This document shows, piece by piece, positions 33,626 to 44,541 of a DNA stretch of 64,000 nucleotides. This DNA comes from an uncultured Chthonomonadaceae bacterium. GTDB taxonomy: Bacteria > Armatimonadota > Chthonomonadetes > Chthonomonadales > Chthonomonadaceae. Both the position numbers and the translations under genes were made by a program. Position 1 is the first letter of the stretch. Every line of letters begins with the position of its first letter. The notes below the pieces were generated by a model that was not told the origin of the DNA, searched no databases, and saw only the letters and a list, made by a program, of their open reading frames with translations. The stretch spans positions 96,001 to 160,000 of the forward strand of contig CAWFQB010000004.1 in assembly GCA_963817895.1 (NCBI GenBank), written 5' to 3'.

Positions 33626-36541
33626 TCACCTGCTGATAGCCACTGGCGATAGCCCTTTCGACTGGCGCAATTGCTCAAATCGCCGAACTTCGTCGTTGCT
33701 CACTTGTGTGTTGTCAAGTGAGAGATATTGCAGTTGGGTTAGGGCATTCAGGGGTGTCAGGTCGCTTACTGGGGTGTTAGCGAGGTAGAGCAATTGCAGT
33801 TCGGTGAGTTCACTCAATGGTGTTAAGTCATGCGTCTGCGTGCTGACAAGGGAAAGTTCCAATAGTTTAGTGAGTTTGCTGATAGGAGTCAAATCACTAA
33901 CCTGTGTGTTGTCGGCGGAGAGTATCTGCAGTCGTGTGAATTTGGCGAGAGGAGTCAAGTCGCTTACTTGCGTGTTATCGAGGTCGAGCCATTGCAGTTC
34001 GGTAAGGCTGCTCAGAGGCGTCAAGTCTCGCGTCTGTGTATTCGTAAGAAAGAGCCTTTGTAACTGGGTGAGACTACTGAGAGGAGTCAAATCGCGAATA
34101 TAGGGGCGATACGCTTCCACTGTACCCTCAAATATTTGCAGTCCTGCTAGAATAGAGGGTATCTGGGCGTAGGTGACAACAGCCAGCAGGTCTTCGGGGG
34201 GCAGAAGGGCGGCAAGTTCATTCAGCACGGCGGCGCGATGATCCTGATGTAGGTAGTCGCGCAAACATTCGCGCGCCCGTTCGCTCTGCATCTTGCCCAG
34301 TCCTCGCACACACGCCGCCGCATCCTTTTCCGGCATGTCTTTGCGCCATGCCAGGAACTCTACGGCGGTTTCCCCGGCTCCCGCCAGTGCTTCCGCTTTC
34401 TTGAACGTGTTGATGGGCAGCATCCGCTTGCGCAGACCGCTTACCTGCTGTTCCAGCGTTGTGTCGAGCCGATACGCCAGACGCCCGTGCGCTTTGAGGA
34501 CTATCACTTCACGCCGCTGACGGCATTTCTTGTCCAGCCCCTGCATGTTCATCAGGGCTTCCATTAGGCTTTGCACGTATGTCCGGCTGCTATCCGACCC
34601 GGCGGCAAACAGCAGGATAGGCTCCCACCGCTCCACGTCCCCGGCATCTACCTTCTTCATCAGGAACTCGATCTCACCCTGCTCCACAAACTCCAGCGCG
34701 GCCAGATAGTCGCGCAGGGAGTTGTGAACGAACTCCACATCGTTCTGCCCGCACGGGCGTATCAGGCCGCTACGTTGTTCCAGGCCGCACAACACCTGTT
34801 CCGCTTCCACATAGTCGTGGTTTTGTGCGCCCCCTATCGCGGTCGCCACTTCCCGCGCTGCATTGGCGCGTCCGATACGCGACCCCTCCTCCCGCGCAAT
34901 GAGCCACGCCAGATGCTGCGCCACAGCCAGCCGCATTGTTCTGTTCAGCGCATAGTAGGCGGGCGGGAACACTTCGCGCGGCACTTTATTGAGCCAGTCC
35001 CGGTCAAAAGCCAGCATGTTACACGCGCTCTGGCACAAATCATGCTCGTTTTGCGGCAGCGATTCTCGGTACAATCGGTTCAGAGCGCACAGCAGGGCGC
35101 ACAGCAGCGGATTGGCCGCCAGCAGCCCCACTGCATAGTTTGTCTTCATCTCCGCAAGCAGGCGCTGCTCGCGCTCTGCCAGTTCCTTCACGTCCTCCTT
35201 CGCATCGCCCAACTGCTGCCGCACGGCCTCATGCCAGCGCCGAACACACTCTGCCCGACCAAACGGCGACAGGTCGCGTATCTCGTACTCAACGAAATCC
35301 GCGTCTTTCAGCGCGTTCTCCTCCAACGCCGCCGGTCGGCTCGTTACGACAATCACATTCTCCGCAGAATAATCGCGTGTCAGTCCGCGTATCCATTTCA
35401 GCGCATCCTGCCGCCGCGCCTGCGACAGCTCATCCAATCCATCCAGCAGCAGCAGGCCACGCCCCTCGTTCAAAATACGTTTGGCCCACCCCGGCGGCGG
35501 TTCCTCATCGGGAGCGCCGCCCTTATGAAACTCTTCGGGCGTCGGCAATGTTCCCGTTTCCCAATCCCGCAGCCGCAGGTAAAACGGCGTTTTCTCACGC
35601 CATGCGGACATTCGCCTACCCTCGTCAAACTGCTTTCCATAGTCTTTGTCCACGGGCCGCATTTCGAGTTCCGGCCATTGCCTCTGCGCCGCTTCCAGCG
35701 CCAGCCAGCGCATCATCGTGGTTTTACCACACCCCGCCTTGCCGACAACCAGGGCGCGCTTCGTGGGGGATTTCAGCGCGTCCAGCAGCGCATCCGCCTG
35801 CACATCGCCGGGCAGTTCCGACAGCGACCGCCCTTGAGTCAGCGTCAGCGTCACATACGCTACCGAAAGCGTCTGCTTGCGCGACTCTTTGTGCAGCGGC
35901 TTCCCCTCGATAAACAACTCCACGTAATTGAGCGTGTCCGCCACAACCGCGCGATACTTGCGCTCGAAATCTGCGTATTCCTCCCAATGCGTTGCGGCCT
36001 GCGCGTTTTGCTCATTTAGCGTATCCGTGATATACGCCAGCAATTTCTCCTGATAGTCTGGCATATTCGGAAGCAATGGAAGAAACGCCCGAAGGTTTTT
36101 CACTATCAGTAGGTCGTGATACCTATCGTACTCTACATTGCCGCGCCCCAGAGGAACCGCGCGTTTCGCGTTCCAAAGGGCGGGCAGCCTTTCCAGCATT
36201 ACACGATTTTTCAGCAGTTCCGCAAAGTCGAAACCCGCTTCCATCGTGATCCAAGCCTCTCTGTCTAAGTCATCGATGTCCAGAGTGCAGCCTTCGCGTT
36301 GTGCCTGTTGTTTCACTTCTTTCAGAATTTGTCGCCGATTCTCTTCCAAGCGCAGATTGTGAAGAATGGCTTCCTGTTGCTTTTCCAGCACATCGCTGCC
36401 AAGTGCGAGCGTGCCCGTCACCGCGCCTGCATAATTGCCGGAGCCGACGGCAATCAGCACGTTCGCCACTTTCAGGCCAAAAGCACTTGCAGATTTCAAA
36501 GAAGTCGCTATTGGTTGTTTTCGTTTGTCTCTGTCTACCAC
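33626..36541 (-). CDS. NACHT NTPase with N-terminal helical domain and 6 C-terminal 22-aa LRRs (NLR-like)
   Basis: Walker A GKAGCGKTT, Walker B LLLLDGLDE, VTSR, NPLL, FVHNSL; DLTPL..L..LQ.L.L.NTQV repeats. Confidence 0.92.
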   Translation of the reverse strand: MVDRDKRKQPIATSLKSASAFGLKVANVLIAVGSGNYAGAVTGTLALGSDVLEKQQEAILHNLRLEENRRQILKEVKQQAQREGCTLDIDDLDREAWITMEAGFDFAELLKNRVMLERLPALWNAKRAVPLGRGNVEYDRYHDLLIVKNLRAFLPLLPNMPDYQEKLLAYITDTLNEQNAQAATHWEEYADFERKYRAVVADTLNYVELFIEGKPLHKESRKQTLSVAYVTLTLTQGRSLSELPGDVQADALLDALKSPTKRALVVGKAGCGKTTMMRWLALEAAQRQWPELEMRPVDKDYGKQFDEGRRMSAWREKTPFYLRLRDWETGTLPTPEEFHKGGAPDEEPPPGWAKRILNEGRGLLLLDGLDELSQARRQDALKWIRGLTRDYSAENVIVVTSRPAALEENALKDADFVEYEIRDLSPFGRAECVRRWHEAVRQQLGDAKEDVKELAEREQRLLAEMKTNYAVGLLAANPLLCALLCALNRLYRESLPQNEHDLCQSACNMLAFDRDWLNKVPREVFPPAYYALNRTMRLAVAQHLAWLIAREEGSRIGRANAAREVATAIGGAQNHDYVEAEQVLCGLEQRSGLIRPCGQNDVEFVHNSLRDYLAALEFVEQGEIEFLMKKVDAGDVERWEPILLFAAGSDSSRTYVQSLMEALMNMQGLDKKCRQRREVIVLKAHGRLAYRLDTTLEQQVSGLRKRMLPINTFKKAEALAGAGETAVEFLAWRKDMPEKDAAACVRGLGKMQSERARECLRDYLHQDHRAAVLNELAALLPPEDLLAVVTYAQIPSILAGLQIFEGTVEAYRPYIRDLTPLSSLTQLQRLFLTNTQTRDLTPLSSLTELQWLDLDNTQVSDLTPLAKFTRLQILSADNTQVSDLTPISKLTKLLELSLVSTQTHDLTPLSELTELQLLYLANTPVSDLTPLNALTQLQYLSLDNTQVSNDEVRRFEQLRQSKGLSPVAISR

Positions 36542-36705
36542 TACCTTGCTACCTCGTGCCTCTCCTTATGCCAACAATAATTTCGTTAGAATAGCAACAA
36601 TGAGTTGGACACAATGTGTTCGATCTACTACTCATGGACAACAAGCCGGTAACAGATGAATGGCAAGGGCGCATAGAGATACTCACAGTGCTATAATGTG
36701 GTTAA

Positions 36706-39531
36706 TCATATAATAATTGGTATTGCTGAAAGTCCTTTCGATTGACGAAGCCTCTGAAGGTTCTGAATTTCCTCGTCGCTCACCTGGGTGTTGGTGAGAT
36801 AGAGCATTTGCAGTTGGTCTAGTCCGCTCAGGGGCGTCAGGTCGCTCACCTGGGTGTTGGTAAGATCGAGCCATTGCAGTTGGTCTAGTCCGCTCAGAGG
36901 CGTCAGGTCGCTCACCTGGGTATCATTGAGGACAAGCCGTTGTAGTTGGTTTAGTCCGCTCAGAGGCGTCAGGTCGCTCACCTGGGTGTTGGTGAGATAG
37001 AGCATTTGCAGTTGGTCTAGTCCGCTCAGGGGCGTCAGGTCGCTCACCTGGGTGTTGGTAAGATCGAGCCATTGCAGTTGGTCTAGTCCGCTCAGAGGCG
37101 TCAGGTCGCTCACCTGGGTATCATTGAGGACAAGCCGTTGTAGTTGGTTTAGTCCGCTCAGGGGCGTCAGGTCGCTCACCTGGGTGTTGGTGAGATAGAG
37201 CATTTGCAGTTGGTCTAGTCCGCTCAGAGGCGTCAGGTCGCTCACCTGGGTATCATTGAGGACAAGCCGTTGTAGTTGGTTTAGTCCGCTCAGAGGCGTC
37301 AGGTCGCGAATGTAGGGACGGTACGCTTCCGGTAAGCCGTTATATGTTTGTAGTCCTGACAGAACGAAAGGAATATCAAATATGTTTACCACGGCAAGCA
37401 CATCTTCCGGTAGCAGAATGTTAGCGAGTTCGTCTAGCACAGCAGGACATGGCTTATTATGAAGATAAACCAAAAGAGCATCGCACGCTTGTTCGTTCTC
37501 TATACGCCCCAGGCCGCGTACGCAAGTAATTGCAATATCTTCCGTCTGGCACTCATGCCATTCCAAGTACTCGACGGCTGCCGCTCCCGCTTTCGCAAGT
37601 GCCTCCGCCTTCTCTATCGTATCTACTGGCAGTAATTGCTTGCGAATGGTGGTAATTTGTGTTGTCAACTCCGCGCCTAACGGTATCGGAATGTGCGCGG
37701 CCACTTTCAGTGCAATCAGTTCACGATAGTGGTAGTCGTCAGAATTTTGCCTGCGTTTATCTAATATCTTAGTTAATAACGCTCGTCCGAACTCATAGTT
37801 ACGGTCAGTTGCAGCGGCAAACAGCAATACTGGCTCCCATCGTTCCAAATCTCCCGAAGCTATCTGCCTTACCAGAAAAGCGGTCTCGTTACGTTGCACC
37901 AGAAGGAGCGATGCCAGATAGTCACGCAGAGCGTTGTGGACGAACTCAATTTCATCTTCATCCACTTCCCGCAGCAGACTACTCCGGTCAATCAAGCCTT
38001 TCAGCACATTTTCGGCTTCTGTCTGGTCGGGATTCGCCGCGCCGTGCAGCGTGGTCGCCACAATGTCTATCGCCCCCGCCCTTGACAGCGCCGGGACGCT
38101 TTCTTTCACCAGCGCGTAGGCGAGATGCTGCGCCACGAGCAGGCGCGTCGGATAGTTCAAATTGTCGTAATCGGGAAGGAAATTTTGTGTCGCTATGCCC
38201 TGAAGCTGGTCGCGGTCGTACAGCAGCATTTTGCACGCGCTTTCGCACAGGTCGCGCAGGTTTTGCGGCAGCGAGGCGACATACACGCGGTTGAGGGCGC
38301 ACAGTAGCGCGCACAGCAGGGGATTGGCCGCAAGCAGGGCAATGGAGCGGTTGGTTTGCAGTTCATGCAGCAATCGCGTCTGCTTCTCATCCAGGTTTGC
38401 AATTCTGTCCGGCAGGACGCTAAGGCGTTTGCGCACCGCCGCATGCCACTTCTGCACGAACTCCACTTTGCCCGACGGCGACAGGTCACGCACCCCGTAC
38501 TCGCGGAAGCCTTCTGCGGCCAGCGCGTCCGTCTTCACTGCCTGCGGACGGCTGCTCGCCACAAACACGTTTTCGGACGGCAGGTTTGTGGTCAGTTCCC
38601 GTATCCACTCCAACGCGAGTAGACGGCGCGCGGGCGCAAGTTCATCCAGGCCATCCAGCAGGACAAGGCCGCGCCCCGCATCCAGAATACGCTGCGCCCA
38701 CCCCGGCGGCGGTTTATGCCCCGTAATTCCCCAGGCGTGAAACCCGTCCGTGTCCGGGAACGTCCCGTCCTTGCAGTCGCGCAACCGAATGAGAAACGGG
38801 ATTTTGCTGCGCCACGATTCGGCTGTCCCCCGTTCGCGCTCCAATCCGCGCCGCATCGCTTCTTCCGGCTCCGCGTCCATATCCACCTCGCGCATACGGG
38901 CCGCTTCCAATCCGATCCAGCGCAGCAGCGTGGTTTTGCCGCACCCTGCCGGCCCGACCACCAGAACACGGCGCGGACCTTCCGGCAGATTGTCCAGCAG
39001 GCTGTCTGCCGGTACACTGCCCACCAGACTTTCGCCCTCCCGTCCCCGCGTCAATTCCAGGGTGACGTACGCGACCGTGAGTTCCTGCCGGCGCGCCTCA
39101 TCGGGAACATCCTGCCGCTCGATAAACAACTCCACGCGATCCAGTTTCTTCATCAGGGCATCGCGGTACGTGTATTCGAACTGCAAGTCATGCGCTTGCT
39201 CTTGACTGAGTGGTACTACTGTATGTGAAAGTGATACATCAAAGGATGTTGTTAGAGGTGGCTCTACATCATCTGGCTCTAAGTCCAAGCCAACGGCCTT
39301 GAATAAGGCACGAATAGAACTTAATCGTACAGTTTGAGCATTTTGTCGCCCATATCTAATAGTTCGCACTGTGCTTCGTCCAAGATTAGAACTTTGTGTT
39401 AAAAGTTCCTCTGTCCATCTTTTTTGTTGAGTACCATCGCTAGTCGTAGGCAGACCTGACCCTTGAGTAATGGCTACCTCAAGTCGCGCTACGCCCTTTT
39501 GCGATAAAATGTAAGCATTTTCTTTTGTCAT
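36706..39531 (-). CDS. NACHT NTPase with N-terminal Cro/XRE-like HTH and 8 C-terminal LRRs (NLR-like)
   Basis: WTEELLTQSSNLGRSTVRTI..G HTH-like segment; GPAGCGKTT, LVLLDGLDE; 22-aa LRRs. Confidence 0.92.
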   Translation of the reverse strand: MTKENAYILSQKGVARLEVAITQGSGLPTTSDGTQQKRWTEELLTQSSNLGRSTVRTIRYGRQNAQTVRLSSIRALFKAVGLDLEPDDVEPPLTTSFDVSLSHTVVPLSQEQAHDLQFEYTYRDALMKKLDRVELFIERQDVPDEARRQELTVAYVTLELTRGREGESLVGSVPADSLLDNLPEGPRRVLVVGPAGCGKTTLLRWIGLEAARMREVDMDAEPEEAMRRGLERERGTAESWRSKIPFLIRLRDCKDGTFPDTDGFHAWGITGHKPPPGWAQRILDAGRGLVLLDGLDELAPARRLLALEWIRELTTNLPSENVFVASSRPQAVKTDALAAEGFREYGVRDLSPSGKVEFVQKWHAAVRKRLSVLPDRIANLDEKQTRLLHELQTNRSIALLAANPLLCALLCALNRVYVASLPQNLRDLCESACKMLLYDRDQLQGIATQNFLPDYDNLNYPTRLLVAQHLAYALVKESVPALSRAGAIDIVATTLHGAANPDQTEAENVLKGLIDRSSLLREVDEDEIEFVHNALRDYLASLLLVQRNETAFLVRQIASGDLERWEPVLLFAAATDRNYEFGRALLTKILDKRRQNSDDYHYRELIALKVAAHIPIPLGAELTTQITTIRKQLLPVDTIEKAEALAKAGAAAVEYLEWHECQTEDIAITCVRGLGRIENEQACDALLVYLHNKPCPAVLDELANILLPEDVLAVVNIFDIPFVLSGLQTYNGLPEAYRPYIRDLTPLSGLNQLQRLVLNDTQVSDLTPLSGLDQLQMLYLTNTQVSDLTPLSGLNQLQRLVLNDTQVSDLTPLSGLDQLQWLDLTNTQVSDLTPLSGLDQLQMLYLTNTQVSDLTPLSGLNQLQRLVLNDTQVSDLTPLSGLDQLQWLDLTNTQVSDLTPLSGLDQLQMLYLTNTQVSDEEIQNLQRLRQSKGLSAIPIII
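36775..37302 (-). repeat. Eight 66-bp coding tandem repeats of three types
   Basis: GTCGCTCACCTGGG recurs every 66 bp from 36775 to 37237. Confidence 0.97.
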
Positions 39532-39722
39532 ACAACGTTCTCCTTCGTGTTCATATAGATATTCTACCCCAAATGACGAAATTTCTCAAACAAATTCAAA
39601 CAAACTGAAACAAACAGCATTATGGTGTCGTCTGCAAGTACATACGCTAGGTACTGAAGATGAAAATCAGTACGTTTCTCGGACCGTGATCTATCTATTG
39701 TGATAAGAGAGGACATGCAACA

Positions 39723-40022
39723 ATGACACGCCAGGCACTCCATATCTTCTTTGCCGCGTTTAGTGGCGCTCTAAGCGTTTACGTTTTCGCGCTGGCAGCC
39801 AATTACCAGAAGGCACCTTCCCAGTTCCATATGCCTTCATTCAATGATGTGATCGCCAAGATCATTATAGTAACATTCTACACCATCATTCATCTCTTGG
39901 TTGCTGTCCTCAGCGCAAACAAGAAACAAGCCAGCAATGAAGACGTCACCAAACAGGTGGCAATCGCGTTTCTCGCTAATATGGTCTTGGAACTTGTGCA
40001 GGCTGTGGTCTCTGGTCATTGA
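39723..40022 (+). CDS. Small membrane protein (about 3 TM)
   Basis: Three hydrophobic stretches; RBS-like GAGAGG; divergent from the NACHT pair. Confidence 0.6.
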   Translation: MTRQALHIFFAAFSGALSVYVFALAANYQKAPSQFHMPSFNDVIAKIIIVTFYTIIHLLVAVLSANKKQASNEDVTKQVAIAFLANMVLELVQAVVSGH

Positions 40023-40524
40023 TTTTGCATCATGTGACTGCTTGATTCTAACCTTATCATTGGTCAGCCTGCCTACAAGTAAGAAGGTAGCCTATGGCCG
40101 GATGAGGGTAGAATCTCATGCCTGCACAATCGCCTCCAAGGTTCAAATTTATCTGAAATATTTTCGCGAAAACAGTCTGGGGGTACTTCTAAAATCGCCG
40201 CCCAGTGTTAATATACGGCGTGTACAAAAACCGAATACCGTCCCCACTAACAAGGGAGGGAGGTGCAAAAGATGCCTGTTCACATCCGACCGCCCTGACG
40301 CTTACGAGGTCACGACGCCTCTACTGACAATTAAATAACACAACGAGACCGAGTGCTGAAAGCGCTGCATTGCCATTATTTCGACAACGTCTCCCTATAT
40401 TGTTAGGACACAAACGCGAACAGGAGCCACCCCATAGACCGGGAAGACTCCTGTTCGCATTTACCCATCAATTCAGAAGAAAAAGGAACTTCCTCCTTCA
40501 CCCTTCCACACTTCATCCTTTGCC

Positions 40525-43035
40525 TCAGTGCGCCATTGTGGCCGCTTCCTGTGGCGGGGCGGCGTTGTCTATGTCGTCCGCGATGGAGCCGCGCTTGCTG
40601 AACAGGATCGCGCCCGTCAAAGCCGCGCCCACGACGCCGCAGATCAGGATGCGAACCTTCACGCCAATGTCCTGAATCACGATCCCCGCGATGAGGATGC
40701 CTGTCAGGTTCATAACCTTGATGAGCGGGTTCAGGGCGGGGCCGGCGGTGTCCTTGAACGGGTCGCCAACCGTGTCGCAGATAATCGCCGCTTTGTGGAA
40801 CTCGGTTCCCTTGCCGCCGAACAGGCCGTCCTCAATCTTCTTCTTGGCGTTGTCCCACGCGCCGCCCGAATTGGACAGCAGGACGGCCAGCAGTTGCCCG
40901 CTGACAATCGCCCCGGCAAGATACCCGCCCAATGCCGCCGCGCCCGTTTGCGGATTGCGGAAGCCCAGCCCGAAGCCGACGAGAATCGGCAGGCCGATGG
41001 CGAGAATGCCCGGTCCGAGCAGTTCCTTTTGCGCCGCTGCGGTGGAAATAGCGACGCAGCGCGCATAATCCGGCTTGCTGGTTCCCAACATGATGCCCGG
41101 ATCGTTGCGGAATTGGCGGCGAACTTCTTCAATCAGTTGAAAGGCCGCGCGTCCGACCGCGTTGATGGCGAAACTGGAGAACAGATACGGGAGCCGCGCC
41201 GCCAATCAGCAGGCCGATGAACACTTCCGGCACTTCCAGCCGGATACCCACGTTCCAACAGCCCCGCGTCCGTCATAAACGAGCGGAACAGGGCGACGGC
41301 CGCGATAACCGCTGTGGCAATCGCAAAGCCTTTGGTCAGGGCTTTGGTGGTGTTGCCGACCGCGTCCAGTTTGGTCACGATGCGGTGTCCCGACATGCCG
41401 CTCTTGGTTTCCGTTCGCCCTGCCGCCGCGTCCTCTTCCAACACGCCCGACATCTCGAAAATGCCGTTCGCGTTGTCGGTAATCGGGCCGAAAGTGTCCA
41501 TTGCCAGAATGTAGCCCGTTGTCGTCAGCAGTCCCAACCCGGAAAGCGCGATGCCATACGCGGCGAGCAGCGGGTTGTTGGGGAAGATGGACAGGGCGAA
41601 TACCAGGGTCAGGGCAATGGCGAGCGCGCTCCAGACGGAACTCTCCAGCCCATAGGAAAAGCCGGAAATAATCATCGTGGCCGGCCCGGTTTTGGAGTTG
41701 TACGCGATTTCGCGGACAGGCTTCTTTTCAACGGACGTAAAGTATTCCGTCATCCAGCCGATGACAAGCGCGAGAATGATACCGAGGAACGTACACGCGA
41801 AGAAGCGCCACCACTCCACAACCGCATGCCCATTGGCATCCGGCAACTCTACGCCATGCGCTCGGACGCCATTCACCACATTGAAGACATCGAAGTACAG
41901 ATAGGAGCCGATGCCGAAGAACACAGTTGCGAGAGCGGCAGAAACATAAAAGCCCGTGTTGATGGGCTTCATGGGATCGAGGTCTTCGCGGTCTTCGCCT
42001 TTCACGGCCAGAACGCCGATAATACTGGCAAACACGCCCGCCGCGCGCACAATCAGCGGGTACATAATCAACTGCAACGCGCTGTGCGCAAGCGCGGTGC
42101 TGCTTCCCCAACTGCTTGCGGGAACAATGGCCGCGCCCAGAATGATGGCGGCAACCAGCGTCACTTCGTAGCTCTCGAACACGTCGGCGGCCATGCCCGC
42201 GCAGTCGCCCACGTTATCGCCCACGTTGTCGGCAATGGTTGCGGGGTTGCGGGGGTCGTCTTCGGGAATACCCGCTTCCACTTTGCCCACAAGGTCCGCG
42301 CCCACATCAGCGGCTTTGGTGAAGATACCGCCGCCCACGCGCATAAACAGCGCGGCGAGCGACCCGCCGAAGCCGAAGCCGACCAGAATCAGCATCGCCT
42401 TTTCTTTGTAAATCAGAAAGACCAGACACGCGCCGACAAGCCCAAGCCCGACGGTCATCATGCCCGACACGGCCCCGGCCCGGAACGCGGTTTCCAATGC
42501 GCCTTTAAACGTGGTGCGCGCCTGATTTGCCGTGCGCTGGTTGGCAAGGGTCGCCATGCCCATGCCGACATAACCGGCGACATACGAGGCCGCGACGCCC
42601 AGAATGAAGAACAGCGATACGCCCAACGCTTCATTTATGCCATAGCCAAGTTTGTCCTGACCCTTGTACAGCACAAACAGCAGGACGGCAATCACGACGA
42701 CAAGCGGCGACATCGTCTTCACCTGCTGCAGCAGATACGGCCAGCGCGCCATCTCGAATGGCTTTGCCGACCTCTTCCATTTTCGCCGTGCCTGCGCTCT
42801 GGCTTTTCACCTGCCCGAACCAGACAGCGCCCACGATCAGCGAAATAATACCGGAAATCATCGCAAACCAGATCAGACTGGTTTCCGAAGAAGTGAACGT
42901 GGGAAGCTGGACGGCTTCCGAAGCATGCGCCGCGTTTGCCAACGTCAGCAGCCCCAATCCCATCAAAGGCGGAAGCCAGCTTGCCTTCCGCCGCGCGCAC
43001 CCGGGCCGCCAAAGCCCCATACGGCGTTCTCTCAT
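40525..43035 (-). CDS. hppA: Membrane-bound proton-translocating pyrophosphatase (two frameshifts)
   Basis: [44 protein letters not shown] carries the Lys of K+-independent H+-PPases. Confidence 0.93.
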
Positions 43036-43116
43036 TGTGTTGCCATTCCTCCATATCTGCAAGTATTTGCAGAATTATATGCGATTTGCGGCACATTAGT
43101 CAAGTAGAATTTTGGT

Positions 43117-44382
43117 TTATTCGTGCCGTAGGGCGTCTATGGGATTCAGGCGGGACGCGCGCACAGCCGGAGCCACGCCGAAGAGGACGCCCACAAGGGT
43201 ACATACGGCCAGGGCAAGCCCTACTAAAGCCCAGGTGATGATGGGCGTCAGGGGCGAATAGTGGGCAATCAGGCGGCATAATCCCCACGATACCATCAGG
43301 CCGAGGATGCCGCCGAGCAGGGACAGGACAACCGCTTCCACGAGAAATTGCAGGAAAATGTCGCTGCGCCGCGCCCCGACGGTTTTGCGGACGCCGATTT
43401 CGCGCGTCCGTTCCGTCACAGTGACAAGCATGATATTCATAATGCCCACGCCCGCCACAAACAGAGAAATGCCCGCGATAAGCACGAGCAGGGATTGCGC
43501 CATGTTCAGGATGCGAATGACAAGGGCCAGTCCCTTTTCCTGCGTAATCACGCCGAAGTCTTCATGCCCCTCATGCGTTTTGAGCAGGGCGGCGTTGATT
43601 TGGGACGACATTTTTTCCGCCGGGTGTTTGTAATCGGTTTCCAGCGCGATACGGTTCACCTGACTTCCGGGCAACAACTTCTTGATGGTATCGGAGGGGA
43701 CGTATACAAGCGTATTCAGGGCAAGCAACGCGCTGCCGAGCGAACCGCCTGCATCGGGTTTGCCCAGCACACCGACAATTTTCCAGTCGTGTCCCTGAAC
43801 ATGGACGGTTTTGCCCAGTACAGGCGCGTCCCCGAACAGATCGTGGCGCGGGCGGTAGCCTAAGATACAAACCTGTCCGTCGCTATCCTCGAAATAGCGG
43901 CCTTCCGAAAGCAGGGTGGGGTTCATCTGGACGCCCACTTTATTGGTGGCGACCACAAACGCGCTGGCGGTTTTTTTCGCGTCCCCTTCAATGCTGCCCG
44001 ACACGATGTAAACCGGAGAAATCTTCTCCACGCCGGGAACGCGGCGCAACGCGGCTACGTCCTCTTCCGACAGGGTAGACAATCCGGCAAGCGCGCCGGG
44101 ATTGGGCTGCCCGTTTTCATCCAGTTTGCCGGGAACGACCATGACGAGATTGGTTCCCAAACCCTCAACCTGCTTGCGAATTTCCACTTTCACGCCCTGC
44201 AAAATAGCAATCAGGGTGACAATGGCGATCATGCCGATGACAATCCCCGTCAGGGTCAGGGCGGAGCGCAGGCCATTTTGCACAAGGGCAAACAGGGCGG
44301 CGCGAATGTTGTCACTCAGGGAAGCGACCACTCGGCGCGCGCCGGCGCGGGCGGCAGGAACATATTCTTCAGTTTGCAGCAT
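43117..44382 (-). CDS. ABC transporter permease (MacB/FtsX-like)
   Basis: GIMNIMLVTVTERTREIGVRKTVGA, RASRLNPIDALRHE. Confidence 0.93.
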   Translation of the reverse strand: MLQTEEYVPAARAGARRVVASLSDNIRAALFALVQNGLRSALTLTGIVIGMIAIVTLIAILQGVKVEIRKQVEGLGTNLVMVVPGKLDENGQPNPGALAGLSTLSEEDVAALRRVPGVEKISPVYIVSGSIEGDAKKTASAFVVATNKVGVQMNPTLLSEGRYFEDSDGQVCILGYRPRHDLFGDAPVLGKTVHVQGHDWKIVGVLGKPDAGGSLGSALLALNTLVYVPSDTIKKLLPGSQVNRIALETDYKHPAEKMSSQINAALLKTHEGHEDFGVITQEKGLALVIRILNMAQSLLVLIAGISLFVAGVGIMNIMLVTVTERTREIGVRKTVGARRSDIFLQFLVEAVVLSLLGGILGLMVSWGLCRLIAHYSPLTPIITWALVGLALAVCTLVGVLFGVAPAVRASRLNPIDALRHE

Positions 44383-44541
44383 AATTGACGTAAATAGACT
44401 TTCGTTGTTCAAAATAGGGCGCGGCAGAACGGCGGCGATACAGGCCGAATCGCGCAAAGCGCCGCTTCTTATTACGCATAATCGAAGGATATTGACGTAC
44501 TCACAGGTAAAATACTTTGTAGATGGTTCTTGTAGATTTGG

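Noticed and set aside
36775..37302. 66-bp periodic array as a CRISPR array
   Set aside because: It is in-frame LRR coding sequence, the 'spacers' recur and are related to each other, and no cas operon is present.
33626..39531. Diversity-generating retroelement acting on the LRRs
   Set aside because: No reverse transcriptase or separate template repeat is visible in the window, and the variation is by whole units.
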